DNA of 64,000 bases from Balanoglossus misakiensis (Eukaryota; Animalia; Hemichordata), in contig CM082591.2 in assembly GCA_040954595.2 (NCBI GenBank), positions 186,001 to 250,000 of the forward strand, in the 5' to 3' direction. The notes under the pieces are model-generated. The model did no database searches. It was not told the DNA's origin and saw nothing but the letters and a program-made list of their open reading frames with translations. The translations under genes and the position numbers were made by a program. Below are positions 12,001-27,000 of this stretch, one piece after another (within the stretch, counting starts at the first letter, position 1; each line of letters opens with the position of its first letter).

Positions 12001-15000
12001 GATATGGTGCCACTTTTACTGGGGTAGCCTGTTGTGTATCAATTTAATGCCTCCCACATTAGAAAAATTTGTATTATGAAGGGTTCAAAACTGCATTTTT
12101 GTGGACTCAAAATAAATATTTAGTCCTCAAAGTTTTCAAGTCCCCCCCTTTCAGTCCCTAAATTATTTCAAATCCCCCCCTTACATACCCTCAATTGTTT
12201 TCAAATCCCCCCCCTCAATTCTCTCCCCCCCCCCTCCCTCCAGAGGTGTTTGTGAATGCAGCCTTATCCTGTGATAAATTCATAGCCATGATACAATTTA
12301 ACGGACACAATGCTTTATATGAAGAAACATAAGAAGGCGATACAAAAGCTCGGGGTAAACGTGTTGCACTGACCTGCGTTAACAGATCCCGTGAGGAGTA
12401 CGGTGCCCAGAGTGCTAACACATTCCCAAACTCTCGTGGCCTCTTTTTGCAAATTCATCGACCAAAACTTTTTTTCAATAAGATGGTTTAAAACCAGGGT
12501 TTTCAAGGGCCTTGTCAAAACTACCTGCACAGGAAACCATGATGGCCAACATGCAGCTAAAGGATGAGGCAATTGCGAAGGGATAAAAAAAACAGTCAAT
12601 ATTTTTTTAGAGAATACAGCATACCAATTTTGTACACTGCTGGCTACCAACACTCTCACTCATCAATATCATGTCAATGCATGTCATTTTCAAAATTCAT
12701 TTTCACTCCTTTTCCATGGCATTTTTTCTAGGAAAGTTTCACACACGATAAATTCATCTTCACTCCTTTTTCATGGCATTTTTTCTAGGAAAGTTTCACA
12801 CACGATAACAGTAAGTATTCTGCAGACGCACGGAGACATGACATGACCTCAAACAACAGTTGCTACATTTTTTACTTGTTGCAATTTGTCCGTGTTACTA
12901 CGGCTATGATGCTATTTATAGGACGCGTCTAAAAATAACTGGTGCACTGAATGAAATGTACAACGCGTACTGTTTGAAATGTATTCAGGGCTTTTCAGAA
13001 ATGACAGTAGAATTAACGTGTTCTCTCGAACCGGGGATCAACCTTACTGTTGAAAATAACCTCCTTATCCTGTGATAAATTCATAGCCATGATACAATTT
13101 AACGGACACAATGCTTTATATGTAGAAACATAAGAAGGCGATACAAAAGCTCGGGGTAAACGTGTTGCACTGACCTGCGTTAACAGATCCCGTGAGGAGT
13201 ACGGTGCCCAGAGTGCTAACACATTCCCAAACTCTCGTGGCCTCTTTTTGCAAATTGATCGACCAAACCTGACCAAAACTTTTTTTCAATAAGATTGTTT
13301 AAAACCAGGGTTTTCAAGGGCCTTGTCAAACTACCTGCACAAATATTTTTTAGAGAAACGACAGTAGAGTTAACGTCTGTTCTCTCTAGTCTAGAATATA
13401 TCCGTTCGTAGTCGCATTCACCCTACTACGTGAATGCGACTACGAACGGATAGATTCTAGACTAGTTCTCTCGAACCCGGGATCAACCTTACTGTTTAAA
13501 ATAACCTCCTTATCCTGTGATAAATTCATAGCCATGATTAGTCTAGAATCTATCCGTTCGTAGTCGCATTCACGTAGTAGGGTGAATACGACTACGAACG
13601 GATAGATTCTAGACTAAGCCATGATACAATTTAACGGACACAATGCTTTATATGAAGAAACAACGCCAACCTAAATAATATCGGACTGTCGACAGAGATC
13701 TGATCGGACGATAAATGCCTAAATGAACACTGTATAGCTCTGAAATCACAGCAAAAGAAGGCGATACAAAAGCTCGGGGTAAACGTGTTGCACTGACCTG
13801 CGTTAACAGATCCCGTGAGGAGTACGGTGCCCAGAGTGAACACATTCCCAAACTCTCGTGGCCTCTTTTTGCAAATTCTATCTAACGCGGCGGTCGGAAC
13901 TCGCCGGAATACACGCGTTTAGAAGAAAATATCGGCTCACATCGAACTGCTCAGGTAAACACATCTTAAATCTAGCGATCGGTAACCCGGGGCTGGCTAT
14001 CTGATAGGGATAAAAGAGGACTAATCGGGAAAAATTGCACAGAATCGAATATTCTCGTCCATCTTCCCACGCGGCCACGCCAATTCTCCTCATCAATATT
14101 CATGATATTAAATATATGATAGAGACGCTAATCACATGACCCAGAACGCACTTGTGATTGGTTTATCACTCACTACGGGCGAGATGGAGGAAACCCCACC
14201 ATCCCAGATTATCAGACAAATAACGTAACGGTTACCATGGCATCACCACCACCACATCAATGTTTATATTCTTCTACCTGTGAAAAAAATTTATCAAGGC
14301 ACTGTATTTAAATAACAAAAAAACGAACGGGGAACCTACCGCATTTATCGTCAGAAAACACCTGACCAAGTTTGCAGAAAAACTGTTCCTCGGATGATTT
14401 CAACGACTTTCGGGTTACTTCGTATTCCCCTCCAGAAAATCTGATCAGAAACTGTTTCTTGTTAATGGATCTTCTCAGTGCATTCATGGTCCTTTTTAAA
14501 CGTCGCCTTGTCAGTTTCCTGACACATTTCACATCACAGGCATCTAAACCAAATGATGACTATTTTAATGTCTTATCATAGTGTAATAAATTTGGTTTTA
14601 ATGAATAAACATTTCTGAATAACTTGTGTGAAATCCGTCTTTACTTTCACTCTTACCTACTAGCAGCGCGGTAGCGCCCTTTTAAAAATCCTCTACTCGA
14701 AAGTGGAAGTGACGTAAGTGGTACAGACAGGAATGACAGACAGGTAGACAGACATATGATAATTTACCTGTAGGCGCATCAGCAATCATTTGAATTTCAA
14801 ATTCTGCTGTTACCATGGCACTTGACCTTTTCTTGGCTCTGCGGTTTCGCCGTCGCGTTCCACACTTTAAAGTCACAAAATTTATTTGACACATATCAGA
14901 ACACGGATGTTGCCTTTGCTCTGAAATTAAGCACAGAAAACTTTAACAGCGTGTAACTCTAATCTCCACTCACTGTGTCGTTTTCATCAAATTGCCATAT

Positions 15001-18000
15001 TTTTAGGATGCATTTACTGTTATACATGCTTTATACTCCTAAGATACTGTAATATCACTATGACGATACATTTGAAACAAAGTGAAAGTTTGAAACATAA
15101 ATATGACCTCACCTGATAGTTGTTTAGACAGTACGTCATGAAACCTTTCGTTGCTTCGTTTTCTCAAACGACACTTGTCAGCGGAGAAGGAAAATCTGGC
15201 GATTCTTTTAAAAGATGGTGCATCTACGTCCTCTAGGAAGAGAAACCCGCGAAATATTTAGATACATACATGCAATTCAATGGAAAGCTAAACACGTAAA
15301 ATTCTATTTTATTTGCATTCTTTGAGAAAATTCATTGGTATCATACCATCATCACCACTGCATGTACTGCAGCAATTTGAGAACAAAATCACTTTACAAC
15401 GAAAGATGGTCACGTGACATACCCGAGCAGGAGGGCATTGAAGAGTTGGTTGATTCGTGTGGCCAAACAAAACCTGTGGTGTCTCCACAACTGTAACTAA
15501 ACGTGTCCTCCGATTCGGCAACAAAGTGAGCGTTGTATTCGCAGGACAAACTGCAGCTATCGACGTTGTCAATCTTGTTGCAAGTCAAAAGTGCCTTGGC
15601 GGGCTGTTTTAATGGCAAACACGTCGAAGATTCTGAAATTATAAATATACAAGTCATGAAACTCACTTTACATGTTCAGACACCTTACATGACAGAAAGA
15701 GTTTGTCAATCATATAAAATACACTTTGTTCTCTAATAAAACCGATAATTGCTTCTTATATGATATTTGTTTCCTTACAACACACTCCGCAATTGCAGTA
15801 TTACAACCGTTTGGGATTAACATGATCAAAATCAATCCATAGAAGTCCCTGACCGACGAGACATGGTTTGTCTAGGGATGTAGAAACGTAAATAGGTGTG
15901 TGGGTGTACCACTTACCAACACAATCTTTTCCATTCGCGTGTAATTTAAATCCCTGATTACATTGGCACTGATAACTGCCTGGTAGGTTTATACATCTAT
16001 GTTGACATCCGCCATTACCGATCGAACACTCATCCCGGTCTAACAGATACAATAGTGGAAAGAGAAACACATTATAGGCTGGTACTAAAATGGCTCTTCG
16101 TGGCTTACATCTACCAGGAATATTAAACACTTCCTTGAAATCAAATTTTCTTGGAAAAGGTGACAGGCTTATCAAATATATACATAAACAAGAATATTTC
16201 GACGTCATATATTCCATGTTGCGTTAGGAAAGGAAGAAATTCTTCGAAGGAAGACAAACATCAAATTAAAGATCACAAACTAGGCCAGGTACATAAAATA
16301 CACATCTATACGATTAACATCAATGTTATTCAGATCTAACCAACTTAATAATTCTATAATTAGTGTACTGCTAACTTCCTGACCCCATTTAGAAAACTAA
16401 TCAACTATTAATTATGTACGAAACATTATTACCTCCACAGTGTGTGATACCATATTCTTGATAACCCTTATCACAAAAACATTGGAAGCTACCAGGTGCA
16501 TTGATGCACGTGTGATCACACGTGCCATTGATGGCACACTCGTCTATATCTGAAAAAAAAAGACAAAAAGTTCAGATTATGACGTGCGTTGACGTATTCG
16601 ACAAACAAATCGTGATTTGTGATATTTCGCATTTTGAACGAAAGGTTGTTGTTATTTCACGTAATTTCACAACGAATCCACATCGTTGACACTACAATAC
16701 AATGTAAAGAAATAAATCACATTACGAAATAGCGATACGCGATCTTGTAGTGACTTCGCGTTGGTGATGACCTAAAAACGACGCAAACAATAAAGAGTGC
16801 AAATGGTTTTTCTAATCAAATGTTAATTTGTTTACCTCTACATGTCTGTCCGTCTGGCAATAGTTTGAAACCATGAGGACAACCACATTCAAAGCTACCA
16901 AGTGTATTTTTACATTCTACTTCACAGCCACCATTATTTATTGCACATTCATCAATATCTGTAGAGTAAGTGGATTCAACGTAGGATTAGATCCATGCTT
17001 GGCTGAAACAACGATTACAGCGCCACCAGTGTTCGTTTAAACAAATTAATCTGGAAAAATGATTCGAAAACCACATGTCTTCTCGCTGGAGACAACGGAT
17101 GAGAGTACAGACATTGTGAAAAACTGTTTTTAACAACGATACCTTTACATGTCCGTCCATCAGGTTGAAGAAGATATCCGGGCGGACAGCTGCACTTCAC
17201 TCCCGTGTCCGTGTCACGGCATACACGATCACAACCACCGTTGTTTATCCCACAGGTTTCTAGTGAAACACCACAAAACAAAACAATGACACTCAGGAGG
17301 AGACTCCTGTTTCAGATGAATAAAATCAGAATTTCATTTTCATTTACGTTGCAATCTTAGTGTCTTTTCAGGTGCTAGACATCACTTGAAATAATCTTTG
17401 TCACGGTCCAATATCGACATGATCGATTATCATGCATTGGTTTTTCAACTCTGCGTCACGTCCACGTGACTCGGTGTAGAATAGTTCGACCTTCTACTTC
17501 GGCATATCTCAGTGTATTTTATAAAAACAAGTGCATTATACGTGCAAGCGTGAGCATTTTACAAAGATTATTGGCGACCTTTATCAAAAATTTAGGAGGG
17601 GCACGCCTTGCTTTACACTATTTTTTATCGTACATCATTTAGTTTGTAAACGTTTGTGGCCTATATAGATGAGAGAGTGCAGAAAACGGGGTCGCCAACT
17701 TTCTTTGACTGAAGAGCTTGCGGTAGTAATAATGTCAAGGTTGGAAGTACCTTTACCTATACAAGTTTTCCCGTCTGTATGCAGATTATATTTAGATAGA
17801 CATGTACAGATTGGTCCAATTGCCATATCTGTACATTGATGCTGGCAGCCTCCGTTGCCATGGGTACACGTCGCTGTGAAAAAAAACCCAGAGTGAACGT
17901 TCCAAAAATTATGGCTTTCCCGAAAATTCAACAAAATCATTTTGCACTATTCAGTTTTATTGTGGGATTTTTAAATTGTTTTCATTGTTGGCCAAACATG

Positions 18001-21000
18001 TACGTAACTAGTTTCGCTACAGGCAAATCAATATCTATAAATCATTGTTAAACTTACGTGCGCAGTCCTTCATATTACTTGACAATAGAAAACCGTAGCG
18101 ACATCCACACACAGAATCACCATCTGGTGTATCCACACAAAAATGTGAACATCCTAAATTAGGATTTTTACATCCCGGATCCACTGTAATGCATAATAAT
18201 ATATACCTTTAACTTTTGTCGATTTTATGCTTACGGCGGCTAGTTATACTTTGCGAAACAACGAAACAGCGAAACGAAACAGCGAAACGACGAAACCATT
18301 ATTAAAATAGGGGCCAGTCATCAAGACGGTGGCGTATGATTTTTTTTAAAGTTTCCAAATAAGTTCCTGGTGTGCGGCCTGGTACTAGTGGTTGCGCGCC
18401 AAAAAAGAATCCCGCCCCAAAAGGTCAATGTACGAGTATATTCACAGGGCTAAGGATTAGTTGAAACAAAGCAGTAGTGTCCGTAAGCTTTCGAGGGTCA
18501 AACACTGATGGGGGGTAAGAGTAGTAGTTATATATAGAAACACATGTAACTCACACAACACAGTATCATTGTCGAAATTTCTTTATTATCTTAATTGCAA
18601 TTCATGCCTCCCCGCCTTGTGGTATTTAAGGAAATAGTGACAGTTGCTGCCGCATTTTGAGGTTTCGATCTTTTGTGGTTTCGTTGTGCGCGCGCGTATA
18701 TTCACTGTGTATATGTAGCAGTTTGGCATGAATCGTTTGCGCGCACACGACGTCGACTCTACCGTACCACTACATAGTACCAGGCCGCAGACCAGGAACT
18801 GGCGACCCGCCGTTTGTTTCCAACGCCAAATTTGATTCTAATGTTGAATTTCCGAGAAAACAATTTATCTGACCTGTAGTTTTCTTGGCTCGCTTACGTT
18901 TTAATTTGGAAACTTTTAAAAAAATCATACGCCACCGTCTTGATGACTGGCCCCTATTTTAATAATGGTTTCGTCGTTTCGCTGTTTCGTTGTTTCGCAA
19001 AGTATAACTAGCCGCTTACGGCCAACAAGCGACCTAGCGGCCGATCCCTCCCTCCCTCCCTCCCAATATCTACGTGTGTTTTTTATCTATGACATGCAGA
19101 GAACATGACACATACGCAGACAAAACACAGACAAACAAAGATAGAATCGGTCAATACTCACACGAACACGTTTGTCCATCTTCATTTAAATAATGTCCAT
19201 CTGGACAGGTACATTTGTAACTACCCATTGTATTAATGCAATCGTATTGACAAGCATGTACTCGGGATGTACACTCGTCCTTATCTAAGAAGAAAAATAC
19301 AAACTGTTAAATAAACTAACAGTTGTCTACAGTGGATGTGGTGGACGGATTTTGTTCAGTACAGAAATCATATTCACTTGACCACTGTGTAATTTGTGTG
19401 AATCTAATATTTTCTTACCAATGCAGTTCCTTTCATTGAGGTGAAGTTGAAATCCTACTTTGCATTCACAATGGAAACTACCTTCTGTATTTCTACAATG
19501 ATGAACACAACCTCCGTTGTTGACTTGGCATTCGTCAATATCTGAAGAAGAACAATACATGGTAAGAGAAAGTATCGCAATAGATATGCTGCAATGTGCA
19601 CAGAATCGAGTTTTTCCTGAGAAGGAGAGAAAATCGAGAAATGTCGATACAAGCAAATCCACCAAATAGCCAAACATGTTGCAACTAATTTCACTTCAAG
19701 TGTAGTATAGTATTGTCATACTGCCAGGAAAATACTCATTCAGAAAAATTGTCAGAGTCAAAATTGCAGCCACGCATTGACTGATATTCCGCCATGACTT
19801 CCTTCAACGTTCTCTGAATCTATTCATCCAGTGAGGACCAGGTCATTGACACTTGATGCCTGCACCCAGTCACAACAAAAAGACAATATACGGATACAAT
19901 CATTATTACTCAGACAGGTACGAGTGTATTTTGACGTTTTTGTTTTAAATATCAGTGTGGCTCTCTGCTTTATTGCATGACCACAATCAGATAACTGTGT
20001 GAGTGTACTTCAAAAATTCCCTGTTAAGGAAATGGGAGGAAGGGGTAAGATGAGCATACAAACTATTCATGCTTTGTATTGCACACAGCAGTAAGTGTAC
20101 TTATGTTATGCAATGTCAGTTACTTTAGTAGTGAGTGACCTGTGTATATGCAACGCCAGTATTAACACATTCTTACACAATTGAATAGGCTACAAAATCT
20201 CAACTTTGTATTGAGTTTTATTAGAACCACTCAAAGTGAAAGTATTGGAGAAGTAAGGGGAAATTGTACTTTGGATACAGCATGCTTATAGTACTGCAAT
20301 ATAGAAGTGTGTCGAGCAAAGGAAACGAAATTAAAGGTCTGGGAATCAGGGGTTTTAGTTCAGGTTAGAGAGGATGTCAGGCTTTGCGAAAAGAGATTGA
20401 TGGATGATGTTATTTCCTTATAAGTTTTGGCGACTGCCAGTTGATGCGCATGCCTACGACTTCAAGTTCATGGCGTGTTTGAGAGGAGCCAAGTGGTTTA
20501 GGGGGGGGGGTTAACTGAAACTGTTTTCCCGAGATCAGTTGTTTCCACGAGCAATACAATACTGAGGTGTAAAATTGTCTTCATAAACAGAGTGAATTTC
20601 TCACCTGAACAGACTCTACCGTTCCCATGGTAACCATTGAGGCACGAGCAACGAAACGACTTTGGCGTGTTTTGACAGACAGCGTGGACGTGACAATCGT
20701 GAGTATTTAGTGCGCATTCGTCCACATCTGCAAAAAACAACCAACCAATGATAAAAAGAGGATAAATGGGTTATTTACATTTCACATTCTTCCCAGTTCA
20801 TCAGAAGCCCATGGGATAATTACTTTCAACTTCTTAAAATAAATGCGCTTAAATGCCGAGGTGGATAGTTGACCGTACTCGTAGCAAATCTTGTCTCTTT
20901 CAAAGTGCGTCTATTCTAATTCCGATGCCAGGACAATACGCAGTGTTATAGCAAATCTACACATCTGCCAAGGGTTGTTAATTGGTGAAGACTTTAACAT

Positions 21001-24000
21001 CGAATTATTGCTGGCTGTAAATGTCATAAAGTATTTTGATCCCTTCCGCGAGAAATCGTCAAACTGAAATATGTTTGAAGTATGATCATGCGCAGATTGT
21101 CGTACAATGAAATGTTACGTAACATATATTATTTACAGTTTCCAAGAATGTTGAATTTCGAATTGTCGTCTGTGTTTGATCGGAAAGTTTACCATTTTAA
21201 GAATCTCAAGTCATATTTACGTTTAATTGGAAAGGGGCTCTCCCTCCTCGTACAAAGAACGCGCGGAAAATGACGGTTCAACAACTTTCTTCTTGCAGCT
21301 TACACACATTGAAACAATGACATAAATCTTTGGGAAGTGTTTTTCAAACAAGCTGCCTCCCTCTTTTAAATATTTGTTCAGACGACATAAGGGGCACGCT
21401 GTTTTGTACTTTCCCTGCCTTGAGGAAGCTTTGACGTATTACATATCGTAATTGGAATGAATGTCTCCAAGCAGACAAAACCATGCGAAACAAAGCCGTC
21501 ACCTCGTGAATTCTCTCTAAGGTTAGGTTAAGGCGACGTTAAAAAATAACAAACAAACTGTTCTCTTAGCAGGTGTGCGAGTTATATTGTAATGGTTGTA
21601 GACAATCAACGGGTGGCAACATACCGCAAACACATTTACTGGCCACCACTGAAACGTTCAATAATTGAATCCGTTTCCGAAAAGACACACCACCATACGA
21701 GCAAGAAAAAAGGAAACGGTGGCGGCCAAGGCAGGTGGTCGTCTTCTCCATACAATATCACACGTGCTTAGTAGTAGTCTAGACATGTTGGCAACATCTA
21801 CCTATGGTGCACTAGCAAGACATCCGGCATGAACTCCCAAACTTCATTGGCCCTGCGCTGAGAAGACTAAACGTTCTCATGACATCGTTGGCCTTTGCTT
21901 GTACTAACAATTGTCCACTATTGAATTCACGATTTATTTGCCTCTCTTGTTACATATCAATGGTGAATTTTTCACAAGATGATGAATCCACCAGAGCTCA
22001 GACTTCTGTCTGCATTTACAATGTTGTCTGCATACTGTTCAATCGTTATCAAATAATTGACTTTTAAATAAAACCTCTAAAGAATTGATCACAAATTTGT
22101 ATCGTCTGAGAAATGTAGGCATTGCAATTTTCGCCAAGGATGAAGAAATATCGGTGGAGATGGGAAATACCTCTTAAATTGTAAATACCTTTATTTGGCT
22201 CATAAATACCACGACAACAAACGCCCAGTCCTTTTTAACTAAGGTATAACGGTCGCCGTCTAGTCTGCTCTGAGATCACATCCACAAAGAACGTGCTTGC
22301 ATGAACCTATACGATCACGTTGTCTTTTCGTTAACAGCATAAAATTTATGCGTTATGTGACCAATCAAACGAGTCGACTTTTCTCAGATGTTTTATGCCA
22401 TGAAGCAATGACGCACACTAACATATCACTCTTCACACCCTTAAAGTATTCAACACAACATATGCTGAAAAGCGTCTACACAGAGACACAAAGGGGAACG
22501 CGAAATTTGAGACACGCGCAACATGATGACAAACCAAGAAAAGTATTCTGAAGAAACGCGTTATTAATCCCATTTTGTTTTAGTTTTCATTGTTGAGATA
22601 TCGATTATGTAGACACATGAAGATGTACACATAGACACGGAAACATAACAAAAGCTCACATTGTTTCCCACGTGGGCTGATTAATATGAGCAAGAACAAT
22701 GATTTTATAATCTCATCGAGCATCTTTGCAGAGAAAACCTCAGTTGTCATATCCTGTGAAGAGCAGAAAGAAAATCTCGTATTGCAAGAAAAGTATAAAT
22801 ACTGTACTTACATGCGAATTTTATTTACAGTATAAATATGTCTATCCTGTCTGAATCAAATGCAACTCTTCGGCAAGACTTTGATTTTGGCACTGTTCCA
22901 GGAAACGTTACACAACTGGCAGTTTTGAAAAGTTGTTTACAAAATTCAGCTATGTGATAACCTTGCCGTCAATACCAAGACGAGTAGCGTGATATTTATA
23001 ATCATTACAATATAACACCAAACCAAACCTTTAACTGGAATGGTAAGCACCGCTCGAAAGTTTTGAACTTTTACAGGAAATGCCGCTGAAATATTACAAG
23101 ATCCGTCCATTCCATTCCCCATCCTGGTTTTCACCAGGGAATAATGTCCCGGAAAGCCCTTCCTCAAATAATAACAGGTTTAATTGCCTGATTAAATTAG
23201 TATTTCTATAACACAAAGAATATTTACACTATAAGACCTAAGGAGAGAGTATCACGTTTATGTCCCATGACATCGACGGGATTTACCGCCAGTATGATAG
23301 CTATATTGCATTTCGGCGTTCTGCTGTGAAACACAAGTAAATGCTGTTTTCTCCATCCCACAGAGAAACCATCCCGGTAGAATTCAGAAATGCGGATTAC
23401 GTCATCGAATTCCGTAAACTGAGAACTACATGAAATGATTGTATGGGATGGAATGTTTTACTAAAAGATACGAATAGAAGTTAAACTGGCCAATAGCTAA
23501 CAATCGCGAATAGTAGCTAACAATCGCGAATAGTAGCTAGTGCTCGCAAATCTTTGTTTTAATGTTCTAGTTCTCTACACAATAGCAATGATCACAACAA
23601 TTTCAAGTTGTACATTATATATTGGAAGTTTGATAAGTTATGAATTGCCACCACAACTGTGGTTGGTTCCGAAGCTGAATACTATCTCCTTCTAGGTTTT
23701 AGTTCGAGCCGACAAACAAAAAGAGATAAAACGTATCGTGTCAACAAAGCATCGAAGTAAGGTTCCTTTCCACGTACTGGTCAATTTAGCAACCCTAGTA
23801 GGTATACAGTTTAAAAATAACCATTTGTTTCCTAATGATGGTGCTGAATGTTATCTCAGAGAAAACAAATACCACGGATTGAAAGAATAGAGATGGTTAT
23901 CAATGCTACCCTTTGGCCATTTCTAGCCTATTTGTCTACTTTATGTGTTTAAGCTTTTACATTTTCCTTCTGTTCCCACGGATGTCTCGCTTTTTCTCAC

Positions 24001-27000
24001 AGACAAAAGATTTTTGGGTATCATTGTCAACTCTGTGCGCGTGCTGGTGTTATGATTTAAATCATAGCACCATTTATCATAAATCGTATGATTCATATGA
24101 ATGAAGCTATAGGATTCGTCAGTTATGTGCTTGTCTGACTGTATCGCAAGTTCCACATGATTTCCTTTAAGCTGTGCGGCTGCTTGTTGGACTTTCTTGA
24201 GGTTATGTAACAGCCAGTGTCTACTCAAGGATGGCCGAATGATTGTTATAGGAGACGAGACTCCAGGCAAAACCATGTGCTTATTTATATTTCCAAGTGT
24301 TACAAGAACTTTACGCTTTAAATAATTACACGGTAATGAAACAATTATGGTACCAGCTGTGTTTCAATTCAAATCATTAAATCTAATTATTTAGTCTCAG
24401 CATAGCAAATTTCGCCATCTGCGCATTCCTGAATCTAGAACTCGGCCTGGGATGCAATGTCTTGGTTTCCCAGCCAACATTTTACTGGCAATTGTGACAA
24501 CACAGCACAGAGCATAGCACAACGCAATAACCATACATGCGAATATAGTCACAAACTAAGACCAGTTTTAAAACACGTCAAAACTAGCTAGTGTCATGTG
24601 TATAACTCTATTTATGGTTCAGTTGAGTTTGCCAGTGGACCCACTGGCCCTACACGGCCTGCCAAGGTCTGTATTTGATGGCAGTAAAATACCATAGGCG
24701 ATTCATAAACCACGAACGCGAATTCCTGACTTAATAATCATTCACTCTTTTACTTTCTTGTTTTAATGATGAAAACTATAATATCCTTGCCATACCAAAT
24801 CTGTTCTCTCGGGCTTACTGATCGCCACGATTTCGTAAGCTAAGATGAATTTATGATGTAAAGGTTACCCACCAAAGTTCTACAACTGTCTAGCTGCTCA
24901 ATGTGGAACAAATGCAGACTTAAACAACGCGGTTGCGTAAGGTTGACTGGACATTGTGTCTGGGACGAAAAAAGAAAGTATCTGAAAGGATGATGCGTCA
25001 CTAGAATTGAACAGTTTTTTATTGTGTTCTACGCATACCTAGACGCATTCTGACACATGGAGTTACGAATAACTTAGAATTGAATCAGCTGTTGGAATGT
25101 GATACGCCATACCGCCTAAGGGTCACTACAAATAAAACAATGTTTGTAAATTCGAACTAAACTTGTCGAATATTTTTTTTAGACAAAACCCGCATGGGAT
25201 TCAATTATTTTCCTTTTACCGCTGAACTACACCGGAAGTTTCCAGGGAATCGCTTTCCACACGGAATGATAGTCAAAGACTGACTAAAGGTGCTCATATT
25301 TAGTTTAGTTACTATTACAACCTGATGCCAATCAGTAAAGCATTGGTTAATAACGTTGCAATGAAAATCATTGGGATATGGGGCTGTGACTTGCATATAC
25401 GCGGGTTGCGCGAATTCGAAACACTACTCCAAGTCGGTGACAGTTGACCTCAAATGCAGGAAATGTTGACCTTTTAGATTTGAACAGAATGTTCGAATTG
25501 ATAACTAATTGGCAGAAGTAGTATACAATTTAAAAGTAGCTCACCCGATTAAGCGGGTTAATAGCCTAGCTACAGCTGCTGGAATTTTCCAATTTGAATG
25601 ACTGTCTGGATCTGTTAACCTAACTGCTGAACCAGTACATCACACTGAGAAGAAAATGCCAGTATTTTCATATTGCGCTGTATGTTATGAAACAGAAGAC
25701 ATGAAAAGCTGGTGGAAATATTAAATCTGGAATCGGGGGTTCACTCACCGGGATGCATTATGCAATCTTTGGGGAGAAGTCGAGTATCTACGCCCGACTT
25801 GCGTTTATGTGAAGGAATTCAGATCCATAATCATGGCTAGCGTTTACTATGGTACACATTTGTCGGTCTCTGAGACCAAGGGTCCCAAGTCACCAAATAG
25901 TCGGTCCAGAATAACGCAGAAGATGCATATGTCGGTAATTTCAAGGTGTTGATGGTCCCCTATATTGCATTACATTATCCATAGTATCTGCGTACAGCTG
26001 GCTCGGCTCGTGGCACATGTCACACTTAACCTTGTATAAGTGGTAATACAGCGCCACTGTTTTGCAAACACGTTGATGTTGAAAAACAAACTTCCGTCTG
26101 GTCGAAAAGTACGATAACAGTGTTCTAAAGTACGAATCGTCTAAATATACAAGCATGGCTTCACCACAGTGACATTCACATGAGTTTTTCTTACCCGTCG
26201 GTGGGTTTACACTCATGATTTTTGCCAATCGCAGCAGATGTACTATTGTGTGATACGGTTTAATTATTAAGGTGGAACTCATTGCATGTTATATGCACAA
26301 GTGGTACGTAGTTCAATTTCATAATTTGGCAGAAATGCATAAGGTGTATTGAGGTGATCACTAAGTGATGACATGGACACAATAAGTGATGACTTGGACA
26401 CAATAAGTGATGAAATGGCAACAATTGCCATGTTTACTCACTTTACGTTTGTGAAACTGAGCGAATAGGACCTTACTTGCAGCACTACAGAAATACCACC
26501 GTATGATATTGACTTTCTCAATAACTGCACACATCCTTTCTTTCGTCAAAACTACTGGTCCTTCGTTGACCGACTGGTCCTTATATCATTCATACTATTT
26601 GAACATGTTTAGCGATCCCATGGGGCCTCAACTAACTACTGTTATCACAGATTGTAGAGCTGACACTGTAATTTACAAAAGTACTATAGTGCGACCCATA
26701 GCTTCACACATGTTACAAGGCCCACGCATGGACGTCGACAAATCCGCTTGTGTTTGCCAGGAGTAAATAACACTTAGTGCCGTTAATGGCATCCTTGGTA
26801 AAACATAAAGACAGCGTGTCTTTTATCTGTAAACAGTGTCAAGTGTTTTACGACAGCATGCGGGCATTATAGGTCGACCGACAACGAGTATGGTTATAAC
26901 AGTCGACGCAATTATATGATTAAATAAATTTACCGTATGATACCAATTTTACCTTATTTAAATTAGTATACAAAATTAGTATACAATACTATCTATAACG

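Larger units (their letters stand above)
12262..13878. repeat. Three near-identical copies of a ~270-340 bp unit in SCUBE intron 15
   Basis: Copies at about 12262-12531, 13001-13341 and 13358-13878 share ccttatcctgtgataaattcatagccatgatacaatttaacggacac...gcctctttttgcaaatt. The third copy carries secondary insertions. Confidence 0.9.

Noticed and set aside
12215-13851. Repeated ORFs ([23 protein letters not shown]...)
   Set aside because: Translations of a non-coding intronic repeat; frames differ between copies and there is no recognisable domain
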